This document shows positions 10,227 to 20,252 of a stretch of 64,000 nt of DNA, piece by piece. Each line of letters begins with the position of its first letter. Positions within the stretch are counted from its first letter, which is position 1. The stretch is taken from positions 45,195-109,194 of IMG/VR virus record IMGVR_UViG_3300026382_000009; one strand, 5' to 3'. The position numbers were made by a program, and so were the translations under genes. The DNA is from a virus. A model generated the notes under the pieces. That model was not told the DNA's origin. It ran no database searches and saw only the letters and a program-made list of their open reading frames with translations.

Positions 10227-10739
10227 TTATTCTTTTTCTGAATAGCCTAAAACTACAAAATCAATAGGCAAATTATTTAAGCTTGCAGAACTATCACCTC
10301 TTTTAGTTATATTTGAATTTGGCAATATTGTTACATAAATTGTTTTGAAATGTTCACCAAATTTATCAAAATGTTCTATTACTAAATCAAATCCATATTC
10401 ATTTAATTTATTTAAAGGTATAACTCTTTTATTTTTAAAAATTTTTTGCATATATTCTTTAAAAAAATTTAAAAATTCTTCCTGGTGTGTTTCATAAACA
10501 GTTAATGATAATTTATTTGGCTTTATAAAACTGTAAGGTATTTGTAAGTCTGAGAGAGGTAAACCTAAATTAACTGTAGTAGTTTTAATTTCATAATCAA
10601 AACTATAATCTTGTATAGGAGCATAATCACCTAATAAATTTAACTTGTTAGCACCATTTTTAGTTCCAAAATACATTACCCACTGACTTGTATGACCTGG
10701 TTCAAATGTTGATTTTTTGCGTAAATCTAAATATTTCAA
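10227..10739 (-). CDS. Minor tail-tube-like protein
   Basis: Adjacent to tube gene, similar size, LSLTVYET motif; TTG start with AGGAG SD. Confidence 0.5.
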   Translation of the reverse strand: MKYLDLRKKSTFEPGHTSQWVMYFGTKNGANKLNLLGDYAPIQDYSFDYEIKTTTVNLGLPLSDLQIPYSFIKPNKLSLTVYETHQEEFLNFFKEYMQKIFKNKRVIPLNKLNEYGFDLVIEHFDKFGEHFKTIYVTILPNSNITKRGDSSASLNNLPIDFVVLGYSEKE

Positions 10740-10790
10740 TTTCTTCTCCTGTTAAATTATTTCTTTACAATAATCTAACGGGAGAAGAAA
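10740..10790 (-). promoter_or_regulatory. Long RNA hairpin sequestering the SD of the 10739 gene
   Basis: TTTCTTCTCCCGTTAGATTATT...AATAATTTAACAGGAGAAGAAA immediately before the TTG start. Confidence 0.6.
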
Positions 10791-10792
10791 AA

Positions 10793-11338
10793 CTAAAGTT
10801 CTTCTCCTCCTTTTTTCTTCCATGTAAAATTGTCATAACTTAATGTAATTGTTGGTTGAAGAGCAGCACTATCTTGTCCTAAAGAACCGCCAGCACCAAT
10901 TTGTCCTGGTAATACACCATACAATGTATATGTTCTTGTTACTTCATTATTAGCATCTAATAAATCCATTTCTACTTTTATTTTACATTTTTCAGTGCCT
11001 ACTGAATTACCTTCTAAAGCACTGAAATATTTTGATTTCCAATAATAAAGTGCTTCTTGATCTTTTGCATCTGCTCCACCAACAATTGTTAATGTAATTT
11101 CACCATTTCTATTTTCTTTACCAACATAATTTATTGTTTGACCCTGTAATTGAACTTGAATATGTTCAGTGCTTCCTTGAGGTAAATCTAATGACTGACA
11201 TCTGATTTCTACATCTTCATCAAATTTTGCTTTGATATCAGGATCAGTATTTGTATCTTCTAAAAATCTAACAACCCATCTAAAGGTTGTTTGGACTTCT
11301 GATAAAGCTCCTCTAACTTTCTTATAATCGAACTTCAT
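10793..11338 (-). CDS. Tail tube protein (gp19-like)
   Basis: FRWVVRF, RCQSLDLP, RTYTLYGVLP, ITLSYDNF; directly downstream of sheath. Confidence 0.85.
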   Translation of the reverse strand: MKFDYKKVRGALSEVQTTFRWVVRFLEDTNTDPDIKAKFDEDVEIRCQSLDLPQGSTEHIQVQLQGQTINYVGKENRNGEITLTIVGGADAKDQEALYYWKSKYFSALEGNSVGTEKCKIKVEMDLLDANNEVTRTYTLYGVLPGQIGAGGSLGQDSAALQPTITLSYDNFTWKKKGGEEL

Positions 11339-11354
11339 TTTTATCCTTTATAGT

Positions 11355-11377
11355 TTTTTATAATCCCAAAAGGGATC
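11355..11377 (-). terminator. Stem-loop after sheath gene
   Basis: ATCCC-TTTT-GGGAT hairpin; no clear U-tract on the minus strand. Confidence 0.3.
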
Positions 11378-13949
11378 AAAGAGCTACCTGTATTTTTGCA
11401 CCACTGTTAAATATAGCAAGTGTTACAGGAATTTCTTTAATACTTCTCGTAGGTTTAATTCCAACAAATACAGGCATTCTATTGTTATCAATATCTTCAT
11501 CAGTAATTACTGAACTTACTGCTACTTGATAATCATACAAGCCATTTTTAGTTTTAATATCTTCAAGGAAATTTGTAATAGCATTTTCAACTTCTTTCCA
11601 AGTTCTTTCTACGTTTAATTCAAATTCTTTGTATTCAAGCATATTTTTAAGTCCATATTTGATAACAATTAGTAACATTGCAACACTTCTATCATTTAAT
11701 GGACTTGGTTTACTATAAAGTGTTCTGTTACCCCAAATTGCAAATCCAGAACCTTTAACATATTTAAGAGGATTAATTTTATTATCACATAAGAAATCTC
11801 TATCACCTTCATTCGGTTTAATTTTAGAATCTATTACAACAATTTTTCCTCTTAACCATCCAGCGGCAGGATACCACATATAGTAATTTCTGTATGTATA
11901 AGATTGACTTGCTGCTGCAAATGCATCTGGACCAACCCAAACATATTTTTGGTTATATCTATCAAATATTTTTACCCAACCTGCGAAATAGCTTGCTCTA
12001 TCAGTATCAAGATTTAATCTAGCAACATCATTTACTAATGCATTTTTCCAATCAGCTGCATCTTCAGCATTTGGATCACTTGAGATATATACATGTGTCA
12101 AATCTGTGCTTTGTGCTAATTTTACACATTCTTGAACATAAGGTGTATCATAATAACCACCTGTCATTAAAAGTGTTACTGGTGTTTCACTGTAATTCCA
12201 TAATTTATAAAGGGCATTGATCATATCACCTGTTGTGATTGCACTTCCTTGAGAACCACCTTGAAGTAAATTAACACCAGCATCTAGTAATTTTCCAGCT
12301 AATCCTCCAATATAGATTATTTTATTCAAAGGATAATTGTAAAATACTTTATCCAATTCAGTTATAGGATAATATTGTTTTCCTTTGTAAATTCCTTTTG
12401 ATAAATCATTGTATGTTTCATCAAATTTTAATACTTCAGTATTTTGAACATTACCATTTAGATCTGTATATGTTTTATCAATTTCTTCTTCTTCCAGAGG
12501 TCTATCAATAATAATGTAATTTTCAGAAGAATTAATTGATTGAACTTTGTATTCTTTTGAAATAACATCAGATCCATCAAGATTTACATCATATTTGAAT
12601 TTAATTCTATCTCCCATTGATAATGAAGATACATCACTTAGGTAAACTTGCGTATGTCCTTTTAAAATATTTTCGTTTAAAGTTATTCCTGTTTCTCTAA
12701 ATATTTCTTCTGGTAATCTTTGCCAATAACTATGATCAGTATACAAAGGTTTGTCTTTTACATTTTTATTATCTAGAACATTAATATATTTAGATTTTCC
12801 ATTAATGACATCTTCTAAATACAATTGATTACCAAATCCATCAATAAAGTCAGTTTTTGTTACTTCCCAAGTTTCTACTAATACTCCATCATAATAAACA
12901 AGTATTTTAAATGCTTCTTCATAATTTGTTGAAGGTGCAATTCCAATTGATACTTTATTAAATTCTACTGATGGATCTTTTCCATATACTAAAAAGCTAT
13001 CTCTTTCTTCATATTCAAAATGTTCAACTTTATATAATTTAGTATCAGACGCATCAATTGTTAATTCATTATCTAAATGAATGAATTTTTGCACATAATC
13101 ATAATTTTCTTTACTTTTGAATGTTGTATTAGTTCCATCAATTTGAACTGGATCACCTGATTCCATATAATCTGCATTGTATACAAGAATTTCTTTACTT
13201 GATTCAGCATCAACAGCAACTATTACAGGTTTAGTATAACTTGTGTAATTTCCATCATTATCTTTGTCTTGTAAAATTTCAGTTCCAGCTTTTACTGTAA
13301 CAGGATCTTCTAAAGTTATTTTATTCAATAAAGTATGTCTTACTTCTAAATCAACAACTTTCGCTATTTGTTTTGATTCACCATAATCAGTTTCATCATT
13401 TAGTGTATCAAGTTTTCCATCTTCATCAGATGTAACATAATCACCTTCTTGCAAATTTCCAAATGAACTTACTTCAATATCTTTTACAGTTTGTCCTTGA
13501 TATGCAGAAATATCTATACCAGTATCTACATATTGTCTATTTCCTATATAAGTTGGAAAAATAAAACTATCAACATCTTTTTGTGTTAAACCATCTTTCA
13601 ATGGTTGAACAATTCTCATTTCATCTGTAAATGTTGCTAATGGATCATTTGGAACTTTTGCTACTTTACTTCTAACTAATGCAGCTGAATATTTTACATC
13701 ATCATGTGCAGCTCTAACAACCCATAATTTATTTGATTCTTGCAAATAAGTTATAGCACTATAAAATTCAGGATATCTTGTATCAGGTTCACCAAAAACC
13801 TCAATAAGCTCATTTTCACTTGTAACCAAATAAGGTTTATTCACAGGTCCTTTTTTGCTTCTAATTACTATTCCACCATAAATTCCTGGTACTGATGGAA
13901 CAATAGTGCTTCTATCTTGTTGTTTTATAATTACTTTTGCGCTTCCCAT
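11376..13949 (-). CDS. Tail sheath protein (gp18-like) with large insertions
   Basis: KGPVNKPYLVTSENELIEVFGEP, WYPAAGWLRG, INPL...IWGNRTL, GLYDYQV, IKPTRSIKEI. Confidence 0.95.
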   Translation of the reverse strand: MGSAKVIIKQQDRSTIVPSVPGIYGGIVIRSKKGPVNKPYLVTSENELIEVFGEPDTRYPEFYSAITYLQESNKLWVVRAAHDDVKYSAALVRSKVAKVPNDPLATFTDEMRIVQPLKDGLTQKDVDSFIFPTYIGNRQYVDTGIDISAYQGQTVKDIEVSSFGNLQEGDYVTSDEDGKLDTLNDETDYGESKQIAKVVDLEVRHTLLNKITLEDPVTVKAGTEILQDKDNDGNYTSYTKPVIVAVDAESSKEILVYNADYMESGDPVQIDGTNTTFKSKENYDYVQKFIHLDNELTIDASDTKLYKVEHFEYEERDSFLVYGKDPSVEFNKVSIGIAPSTNYEEAFKILVYYDGVLVETWEVTKTDFIDGFGNQLYLEDVINGKSKYINVLDNKNVKDKPLYTDHSYWQRLPEEIFRETGITLNENILKGHTQVYLSDVSSLSMGDRIKFKYDVNLDGSDVISKEYKVQSINSSENYIIIDRPLEEEEIDKTYTDLNGNVQNTEVLKFDETYNDLSKGIYKGKQYYPITELDKVFYNYPLNKIIYIGGLAGKLLDAGVNLLQGGSQGSAITTGDMINALYKLWNYSETPVTLLMTGGYYDTPYVQECVKLAQSTDLTHVYISSDPNAEDAADWKNALVNDVARLNLDTDRASYFAGWVKIFDRYNQKYVWVGPDAFAAASQSYTYRNYYMWYPAAGWLRGKIVVIDSKIKPNEGDRDFLCDNKINPLKYVKGSGFAIWGNRTLYSKPSPLNDRSVAMLLIVIKYGLKNMLEYKEFELNVERTWKEVENAITNFLEDIKTKNGLYDYQVAVSSVITDEDIDNNRMPVFVGIKPTRSIKEIPVTLAIFNSGAKIQVAL

Positions 13950-13958
13950 AAGTGTCCT

Positions 13959-14144
13959 TTATATTTTTCTTATAATAAGTTTATCTTTGAATTTTTTTAC
14001 ATTTTTTATAAAAACTTTTTCATTATCGAATTCTAAAATTAATTTTTCTTTTGGAGCAATAGGAACTATATCTTCAGGCAGTCCTACACCTCCAGTGTCA
14101 ATAAATTGTTGAAATTCAGTTTTATTAATTACTGCTACTTTCAT
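13959..14144 (-). CDS. Small hypothetical virion-module protein
   Basis: ORF in operon with SD. Confidence 0.55.
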   Translation of the reverse strand: MKVAVINKTEFQQFIDTGGVGLPEDIVPIAPKEKLILEFDNEKVFIKNVKKFKDKLIIRKI

Positions 14145-14146
14145 TT

Positions 14147-14875
14147 TTATCCTTTAAATTCTAATTTATAATCTATTTCTTTTAATGTTGGATATGTGTT
14201 TTCAAAATTATTTAATATTGGTCCTGTTAATTCACATGAAAAAGACAATTGTTGTAAATTACCATATTTTTCAAAATCTATATGACCAACTTCAGAAATT
14301 TCTTCAAAATTTACTTGATATTCTAATTCAATAGGTTTTTCATTAATTAAAACAACAATTGTAAAAGTTCTTGGTCTCAAAAATTCTTTACAATACAAAA
14401 ATTGTAAATCATTTATTATTTTAGAACTACTTGAAATAATTTGAAATTCATATTCTATTGTTCCCAATATTAAATCACGAACAATATAATTATCTGGATC
14501 GGTATTTATTTCTTCTCGTATATATTTTACAAATTCTAAAACATTTTCATCTTCGATTTTTATTTTTTGAAAATCACTCATATCAGATGTAAATACAGCT
14601 TCAAACGATATATTGTTTAATCTGTCATCAGTTTTTTTAAGAGGACTGTATCTATATAAGAGTAAATTATAACTTTCTTTTTGTAGTTTTTCTAAATCTT
14701 CATCAGTTAATCCAGGTAATGATAAATCTTTATACATATATCTATAGTTAAGACTACTAATATATTGTTTAATTATTCCTATTTCTGAATTGTATTGTGC
14801 TTGAATATTTATACCATATTTTTCAAATGTTTTTACGATAAATTCAGCCATTTTGTTATGGACTATTTCTAACAT
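14147..14875 (-). CDS. Tail terminator/sheath stabiliser (gp15-like)
   Basis: Synteny (neck, neck, terminator, sheath) and size only. Confidence 0.4.
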   Translation of the reverse strand: MLEIVHNKMAEFIVKTFEKYGINIQAQYNSEIGIIKQYISSLNYRYMYKDLSLPGLTDEDLEKLQKESYNLLLYRYSPLKKTDDRLNNISFEAVFTSDMSDFQKIKIEDENVLEFVKYIREEINTDPDNYIVRDLILGTIEYEFQIISSSSKIINDLQFLYCKEFLRPRTFTIVVLINEKPIELEYQVNFEEISEVGHIDFEKYGNLQQLSFSCELTGPILNNFENTYPTLKEIDYKLEFKG

Positions 14876-14884
14876 TTTTAAATC

Positions 14885-15454
14885 CTATAATACCTTAATA
14901 GGTTTATAATTATTATGATTAGGTGTTTCTTCTTCTTTAGTATCTTTAACAATAGAATATTCTTCTTCAAAATTCAAAGAAGAAAATTCTTCACTATCAA
15001 ATTCTGATTTTTTTTCTTCTATTAATTCAAAATCTGTTTCTTTAGTTGTTATAACAGGAACTAAAATATATTTTCTAAAAACTATTGATTCATCATCTTT
15101 ATATTCTACTTCATCATTTATTCTGAATTTTAAAACACCTGTTGGAGGGTTAACTACAATCAAAGAATATTTAGGAAATCTTTTAGTATTAGGAAGATAA
15201 AGAACAGGTTCATCCTGAGTTAAATTATCAAAAATACCTGGAAGAGTTGTTTCACCTAAAGAATAAAAAGAAGGGATAAGTAATTTTCCAGAAAAATCTG
15301 GAGTGTCCGAATATTCTATATTATCATCATAAAAGCCATGATGAAGACTTTTATCATTTTTTGGAAAATAAACATCAGCAAATACTCCATATAAGTTTGT
15401 TAAAACTTTTATGGAAATATTTGCGCCAATTTTTATACCTTTTAATAACTTCAT
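14885..15454 (-). CDS. Neck/head-closure protein (gp14-like)
   Basis: LYGVFADVYFP resembles the gp14 N-terminal motif; synteny. Confidence 0.5.
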   Translation of the reverse strand: MKLLKGIKIGANISIKVLTNLYGVFADVYFPKNDKSLHHGFYDDNIEYSDTPDFSGKLLIPSFYSLGETTLPGIFDNLTQDEPVLYLPNTKRFPKYSLIVVNPPTGVLKFRINDEVEYKDDESIVFRKYILVPVITTKETDFELIEEKKSEFDSEEFSSLNFEEEYSIVKDTKEEETPNHNNYKPIKVL

Positions 15455-15457
15455 TTT

Positions 15458-15643
15458 TTACTCTTTAAAAGGATATTTTCTTCCAGTTAATTTTTCAAAA
15501 ATTTCTTTTTCATCTTCAATAAAAAAACTACCAATAACTTGATTATTATTTACATTTAAAAATTCAATAAATTTTTCACCATTTCTTTCTTTTATTACCG
15601 CTTTTAATGGTTTTGTCAAAAATCTAAATAAAACTTTATTCAT
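15458..15643 (-). CDS. Small hypothetical protein
   Basis: ORF in operon. Confidence 0.5.
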   Translation of the reverse strand: MNKVLFRFLTKPLKAVIKERNGEKFIEFLNVNNNQVIGSFFIEDEKEIFEKLTGRKYPFKE

Positions 15644-15649
15644 TTTTTT

Positions 15650-16240
15650 TTATCCTATTGCTAAATACCAATTACTATCTGTTTCAGACAATTTTTCAAT
15701 AGCATTTTCAACAAGTTCTTTTCCTTGTTCATACAGTTCAGAACCATCATTTTCAAATGGAAGTTCTGTTAAATTAAATCCTTTAAATGGTTCAACTGCT
15801 GCTTGTAAATATAAACCAAGACAAATATCAATAAATTCTTTGTCTTGATTGGGATTAATATCTTTTAATATATTAGCTGCTAAAACTTCTATGTAAAAAT
15901 GTCCAGAAACCTGTGACATTAATTTTTTAGTTTGTCTATCAAAAGACCAATGAAATGTCACAGGTTTATCATTGAGATAAGGAGGTGTAATAAATATATT
16001 TTTCACATTAAAAACATCTCGTTCATTTCCATCTTCATCTATTATTTTTGAAAAATCACTAATTCCAGATGGAATGTATTGTTTTACAATTAAGTCTTTA
16101 TTTCTGTATTGATTGTAAATTGACAATGCTCTATTTGCTATAACTTCAATAACATCATCATTGATTTCTAAATTTTCTTCACCTATATAATACAGATTTG
16201 ATAAAATAAGTAATTGGTGTTTTAATTCTTGAATTGTCAT
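15650..16240 (-). CDS. Neck/adaptor protein (gp13-like)
   Basis: MTIQELKHQL, LEINDDVI, RALSIYNQY, DGSELYEQGKE resemble gp13. Confidence 0.65.
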   Translation of the reverse strand: MTIQELKHQLLILSNLYYIGEENLEINDDVIEVIANRALSIYNQYRNKDLIVKQYIPSGISDFSKIIDEDGNERDVFNVKNIFITPPYLNDKPVTFHWSFDRQTKKLMSQVSGHFYIEVLAANILKDINPNQDKEFIDICLGLYLQAAVEPFKGFNLTELPFENDGSELYEQGKELVENAIEKLSETDSNWYLAIG

Positions 16241-16267
16241 ATTAAATTCTTTGATTTATATTTTAAT

Positions 16268-16891
16268 TTACGATAATATTCTTTCTACAAGTGTTTTAGG
16301 ATCTGAAGGATTTACTGTTTCTTCAACTCTTGTTAAGTCTTCTAAAATTCTTTCAAAAAGATCTTTAGATTCTTTTAATTTTTTTTCTTCTTTTTCATCG
16401 CCTTTTTCATCGCCTTTTTCATCATCTTTTTTATCATCTTCACCATCTTCTTCGTCATCTTCTACTTCTTCATCATCTTCAGATTTATCTTCTTTCTTTT
16501 CTTCTTTTTTTCCTTTATCTTCTTTATCACCTTCTTTTTCTTTGCTTTCTTCACCATCTTTATCATCTTTATCTTTTTTATCTTTTTCACTTTCTTTATC
16601 TTCTTTATCATCTTTTTCATCGGCTTCTTTGAGAGCTTCTTCAACTTTTTCTGCAATAATTTTTTCTAATTCTTCATCAACAGCATTAAGCATTTCTTCA
16701 TCTAAGACAATATAACCTTTTTCTTCAAGTTTTTCTTTTAATACAGCAATATCAACATATTTATCAAAATTTTCCATAAGTTCATGTTCTAGTTTGTTAA
16801 GTTCTTCTTCAGAAAGAACAACATAACCTTTTTCTTCAAGTTTTTCTTTGTATTCTTTAATTTTAATATTTTCTCTTAAATCTCTTATCAT
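16268..16891 (-). CDS. Highly charged D/E/K-rich protein, possible head scaffold or internal protein
   Basis: KEKLEEKGY(V/I)VL duplicated; long D/E/K low-complexity tract; located near capsid gene. Confidence 0.5.
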   Translation of the reverse strand: MIRDLRENIKIKEYKEKLEEKGYVVLSEEELNKLEHELMENFDKYVDIAVLKEKLEEKGYIVLDEEMLNAVDEELEKIIAEKVEEALKEADEKDDKEDKESEKDKKDKDDKDGEESKEKEGDKEDKGKKEEKKEDKSEDDEEVEDDEEDGEDDKKDDEKGDEKGDEKEEKKLKESKDLFERILEDLTRVEETVNPSDPKTLVERILS

Positions 16892-16903
16892 ATTTTCCCC
16901 TTT

Positions 16904-17545
16904 TTATTTTATTATTATTTTGTCATCTTTTAAAATTATTTCTAGATGTGGATATTTTTTATCAACTTGTGCAGCAATATCTGCCAATGTATCACTATCT
17001 ACACCAGAAACTTCGATTCTATCATTATATATATCAACCAAAACTTTTTTGAATCCTAATGCATCAATAAATTTTGCTATTTCAATTGGGTTAAAATTAG
17101 TAGATTTTTCTTTAATTTTTTCAGATTTTTGTTCTTTTAAATCTTTATTACCTGCTACTTTTTCATTTAATTCTTTTTCTCTTACTAAAACAAGTTGTTC
17201 ATCAAAAGAATAATTATAATCTTTAAGTTTTTCTTCAATTTCTTTTAATTTTTCTTTATCACCATCAATAATAAAAGCTGTTTCTTTGATTTCTAATTTT
17301 ATATCAAATAAATTTTCATCCAAAAGTTCAATTAAACGTTCTAAAGTAATATTTAATTTATTTGATTTTTTAATTTCTAAAATATTTGATGATTTTATAA
17401 CATACTCATTAGATGGTTCTAATGAAGCTAAAATTAAAGCTAATTGAGGTGCTGTAATATTTTTTGTTTCAACTAAAATAGAATTAGCAGTAACAGTAAT
17501 AGAATCATCATTTTCGTATAATTTAATCACATCAATAATTTCCAT
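16904..17545 (-). CDS. Hypothetical head-module protein
   Basis: ORF with SD in late operon. Confidence 0.55.
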   Translation of the reverse strand: MEIIDVIKLYENDDSITVTANSILVETKNITAPQLALILASLEPSNEYVIKSSNILEIKKSNKLNITLERLIELLDENLFDIKLEIKETAFIIDGDKEKLKEIEEKLKDYNYSFDEQLVLVREKELNEKVAGNKDLKEQKSEKIKEKSTNFNPIEIAKFIDALGFKKVLVDIYNDRIEVSGVDSDTLADIAAQVDKKYPHLEIILKDDKIIIK

Positions 17546-17546
17546 G

Positions 17547-17879
17547 TTATTCCTTTATTTTTTTTGCTTTTCTTTTTGTTCTAGTTTTAGTTTCATTATT
17601 ATTTAATACTTTTTTCTTGTTAGCTTTTTCACTTGTATTTTCTTTTTTGTTTTCTTTTTTTACATCTTCTTCCATATCCATATTTTCTTCTGTTTCTATT
17701 TTAACAGGTTTTTCTTTTTTATATATAGGTTCAATTATAATAAATTCTTTAAAATTGTTTACAATGACTGAATTTCCATATATTTTTTTCTCAGATTTTG
17801 GTTCTAAAAAAACTTTTTCATTATTAATAATAACTTCAACTTTATATTTTGATGTATTTTTTATTTTATAACCTATCAT
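17547..17879 (-). CDS. Hypothetical protein with basic C-terminus (start likely ATG 17879)
   Basis: AAGGA SD upstream of ATG 17879; the track start at 17915 lies inside an inverted repeat. Confidence 0.55.
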   Translation of the reverse strand: MIGYKIKNTSKYKVEVIINNEKVFLEPKSEKKIYGNSVIVNNFKEFIIIEPIYKKEKPVKIETEENMDMEEDVKKENKKENTSEKANKKKVLNNNETKTRTKRKAKKIKE

Positions 17880-17904
17880 ATAAATCCTTTTTTGTTTGAT
17901 TTTT

Positions 17905-18001
17905 GACATCTTCAAAGATTTATATATATCATATTTTAATATATGAGTTTAATATATAAATTTGATATGTAATTTTTAATATATAAATCTTTGAAAATGT
18001 C
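17905..18001. repeat. 23-bp inverted repeat (1 mismatch) enclosing three TTAATATAT direct repeats
   Basis: gacatcttcaaagatttatatat (17905-17927) versus atatataaatctttgaaaatgtc (17979-18001). Confidence 0.8.
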
Positions 18002-18018
18002 CCAAAAAGGGACAAAAG
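17994..18018 (-). terminator. Intrinsic terminator after major capsid gene
   Basis: TGTCCC-TTTTT-GGGACA followed by TTTT. Confidence 0.65.
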
Positions 18019-18019
18019 A

Positions 18020-19420
18020 TTAAAGGTTTTTAAGAACGATTTTTGTCATCATTCCAGGAATTACAGCTTTTACACCACTTACAGTTGCAATTCCTTTTTG
18101 AGATCTTAAAGGATTCAAGTTTACAGAACCTGCAAGATCAGTTAATGTAATAGGCATATAATCAGCTTTTACAAGTCCAGCTTCAAAAATTCCACTACCT
18201 TTTGTGATATATACAATTTCATTTGCTGGAACAACAGTAGATCTAATAACAACTTGTCCATTTAATGTTCCAACAACCATTGTTCCAACACCATTAAATC
18301 CTGTTCCAACACTTTGGAAACCTGGTAATCCCATAATATATGCTGTCGCAGCAGTTCCTGCAACAAGAACACCTTTATCTGTCAATCTTCCAGCATTGTT
18401 AAGAACATTTGCTTGAGCTTGTGGAATAACACTTGTCATAAATGCAAGTTTATGTTCAATTTGTGATACACCACTTGGAGGTGTAACATCCCAATCAACA
18501 ACACCTTGAGCATTGTTATATGCTTCTTTTACAAGAGCTGCACTTAAAAGTGCTACAAGTTCAGTTGTTAAATCTTTAGCAAGCATTTCTTCTGCATTCA
18601 ATCCAAATCTTTTTTGGATTGCATATTGTTTTAACAAGCTTAATTCTGTTCTAAGTGCAAATACTTTTGTTGTAATAGTTGTTGATTTATATTCTGTAAG
18701 AATAGTTGGAATTTCATCATTTTTATTGCTATCAAATGCAGTTTCATATTCTATAATGATTTTTTCACCATTTCCTGGTGCTGTTTCAAAATGAACAGTA
18801 ACTGCACCAGTATCATAATTAATAGTTCCTGAAACTCCATTACCGATTAATACACCATTTCCATCATCAATAGCTTTAACATTTGGATCACTTTCAAGAT
18901 AAACAACTACTGTTCTTTTGTAAACAGGTGCATTTGTAACAGTAAATGCAAAATCTTTGTTTGTTCCATCACCAGTAGCACCAACTTCTGCTACAGCATC
19001 ATCAGCAGCATTGAAAATTGCTTGTCTTCCTGTTAATCCACCTACAAGTGTTTGACCTTTAGTATTTCCATTTCTTGCTGTTTCTGAAACAACATCTTTA
19101 TAATAAACAATTCCTTGTTGTTCACCAATTGTTTGAACTGATGCCATAAGTGGTGCTGGATCAACAATACTTGCAGCAGTAATAACATCAAGTGCAATTT
19201 TTGGAAGAACAGCAAAATCTCCAATACCACCATTTGCTTCTAAAAATCTCATAGATTCTTCAGTTGCTTCTAATTTTTGAACTAAGTTTGCAAGTTCTTC
19301 AATTGAAGCACTACCATTAATTTTTGAACTTAAAGATTTGCTTTCATAAACATCAATATATTTTTTATATTTTTTAAATCCTTGTTCTACTACTCTTTCT
19401 AAATTTTTTGCTCCCATCAA
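18020..19420 (-). CDS. Major capsid protein (gp23-like)
   Basis: MASVQTI...GIVYY, FALRTELS, GLNAEEMLAKDLTTEL, AGLVKADYMPI, NPLRSQKGI; GGGGAG SD. Confidence 0.9.
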   Translation of the reverse strand: MMGAKNLERVVEQGFKKYKKYIDVYESKSLSSKINGSASIEELANLVQKLEATEESMRFLEANGGIGDFAVLPKIALDVITAASIVDPAPLMASVQTIGEQQGIVYYKDVVSETARNGNTKGQTLVGGLTGRQAIFNAADDAVAEVGATGDGTNKDFAFTVTNAPVYKRTVVVYLESDPNVKAIDDGNGVLIGNGVSGTINYDTGAVTVHFETAPGNGEKIIIEYETAFDSNKNDEIPTILTEYKSTTITTKVFALRTELSLLKQYAIQKRFGLNAEEMLAKDLTTELVALLSAALVKEAYNNAQGVVDWDVTPPSGVSQIEHKLAFMTSVIPQAQANVLNNAGRLTDKGVLVAGTAATAYIMGLPGFQSVGTGFNGVGTMVVGTLNGQVVIRSTVVPANEIVYITKGSGIFEAGLVKADYMPITLTDLAGSVNLNPLRSQKGIATVSGVKAVIPGMMTKIVLKNL

Positions 19421-19514
19421 CTCCCCTTTATATTTTATTTTTATTTTTTATTAATTTGAGTTGGTATTTTGTGCTACCAATTACTAATTTATTTAATATT
19501 ATTTAATGATAGTC

Positions 19515-20081
19515 TCATTTGTCTTTTTTAATTTCTTCAACAGTATTTAATTGAACACGTATAGATTCTTCCAAGAATTTATCATCACTTAATATTTTTT
19601 CTACTATTTCATCAAGTGAAGTAATTTCATTTTTATCATTTTGAATATTGAGAGATTGAATTTGTCCTTCAAGTCTTTCAGTATCAACTTTTTCTCTCAA
19701 TTCATTAAGAGATTTTAAAAGTTCTGCTCTCATAATACGTGTTTGTGCATATAATTGAAGTAATTTACCTTTATCAAGTTCAACAAGTGTTTTATCATTG
19801 TAGATTATATCTTCTATTTTTGAAAGGAATTTTTCTAATTTTAATAATTTATTTGACGTTGACTTCATTAATGCTACAAGAGATAAATCAATTTCCAACA
19901 TTGTTGTTGAAACTTTTTCGGCTATTTCTTTGTTAGGAACCTTTTTTTCTCCAGAAAGGAGTTTTTCATGTTCTTCTTCTAAATCTTTTACATATTCAAC
20001 TGATTTTGAAAATTCATTATTATCTTGCATTTGAAGTTTAATATCTTCTTCAATGTAAGCTTCAATTACATCATTGCTCAT
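19515..20081 (-). CDS. Hypothetical coiled-coil protein
   Basis: ORF with AAGGA SD upstream of capsid gene. Confidence 0.55.
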   Translation of the reverse strand: MSNDVIEAYIEEDIKLQMQDNNEFSKSVEYVKDLEEEHEKLLSGEKKVPNKEIAEKVSTTMLEIDLSLVALMKSTSNKLLKLEKFLSKIEDIIYNDKTLVELDKGKLLQLYAQTRIMRAELLKSLNELREKVDTERLEGQIQSLNIQNDKNEITSLDEIVEKILSDDKFLEESIRVQLNTVEEIKKDK

Positions 20082-20252
20082 TTTATTCCTTTATCAATTT
20101 TTATTTTTTTATCAAAAATTCACGTTTTTTAATTTATTTAACTTTTTATTTAATTCTCATAATTTTCGATACAATAAGGCACATCAAAGTATAATACACA
20201 ATAATACACAATGTAAATATTACAAATGAACTTAACAACAGAAAAAAAGGGA

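Noticed and set aside
16462-16656. Alternative-frame minus-strand ORFs (16462-16656, also 19042-19233 and 59695-59880)
   Set aside because: They are out-of-frame readings nested inside well-supported genes; the Lys/Met-rich one is a by-product of the low-complexity GAT/AAA tract.
20191-20210. ataatacaca x2 tandem duplication
   Set aside because: Too short and AT-rich to support a function.
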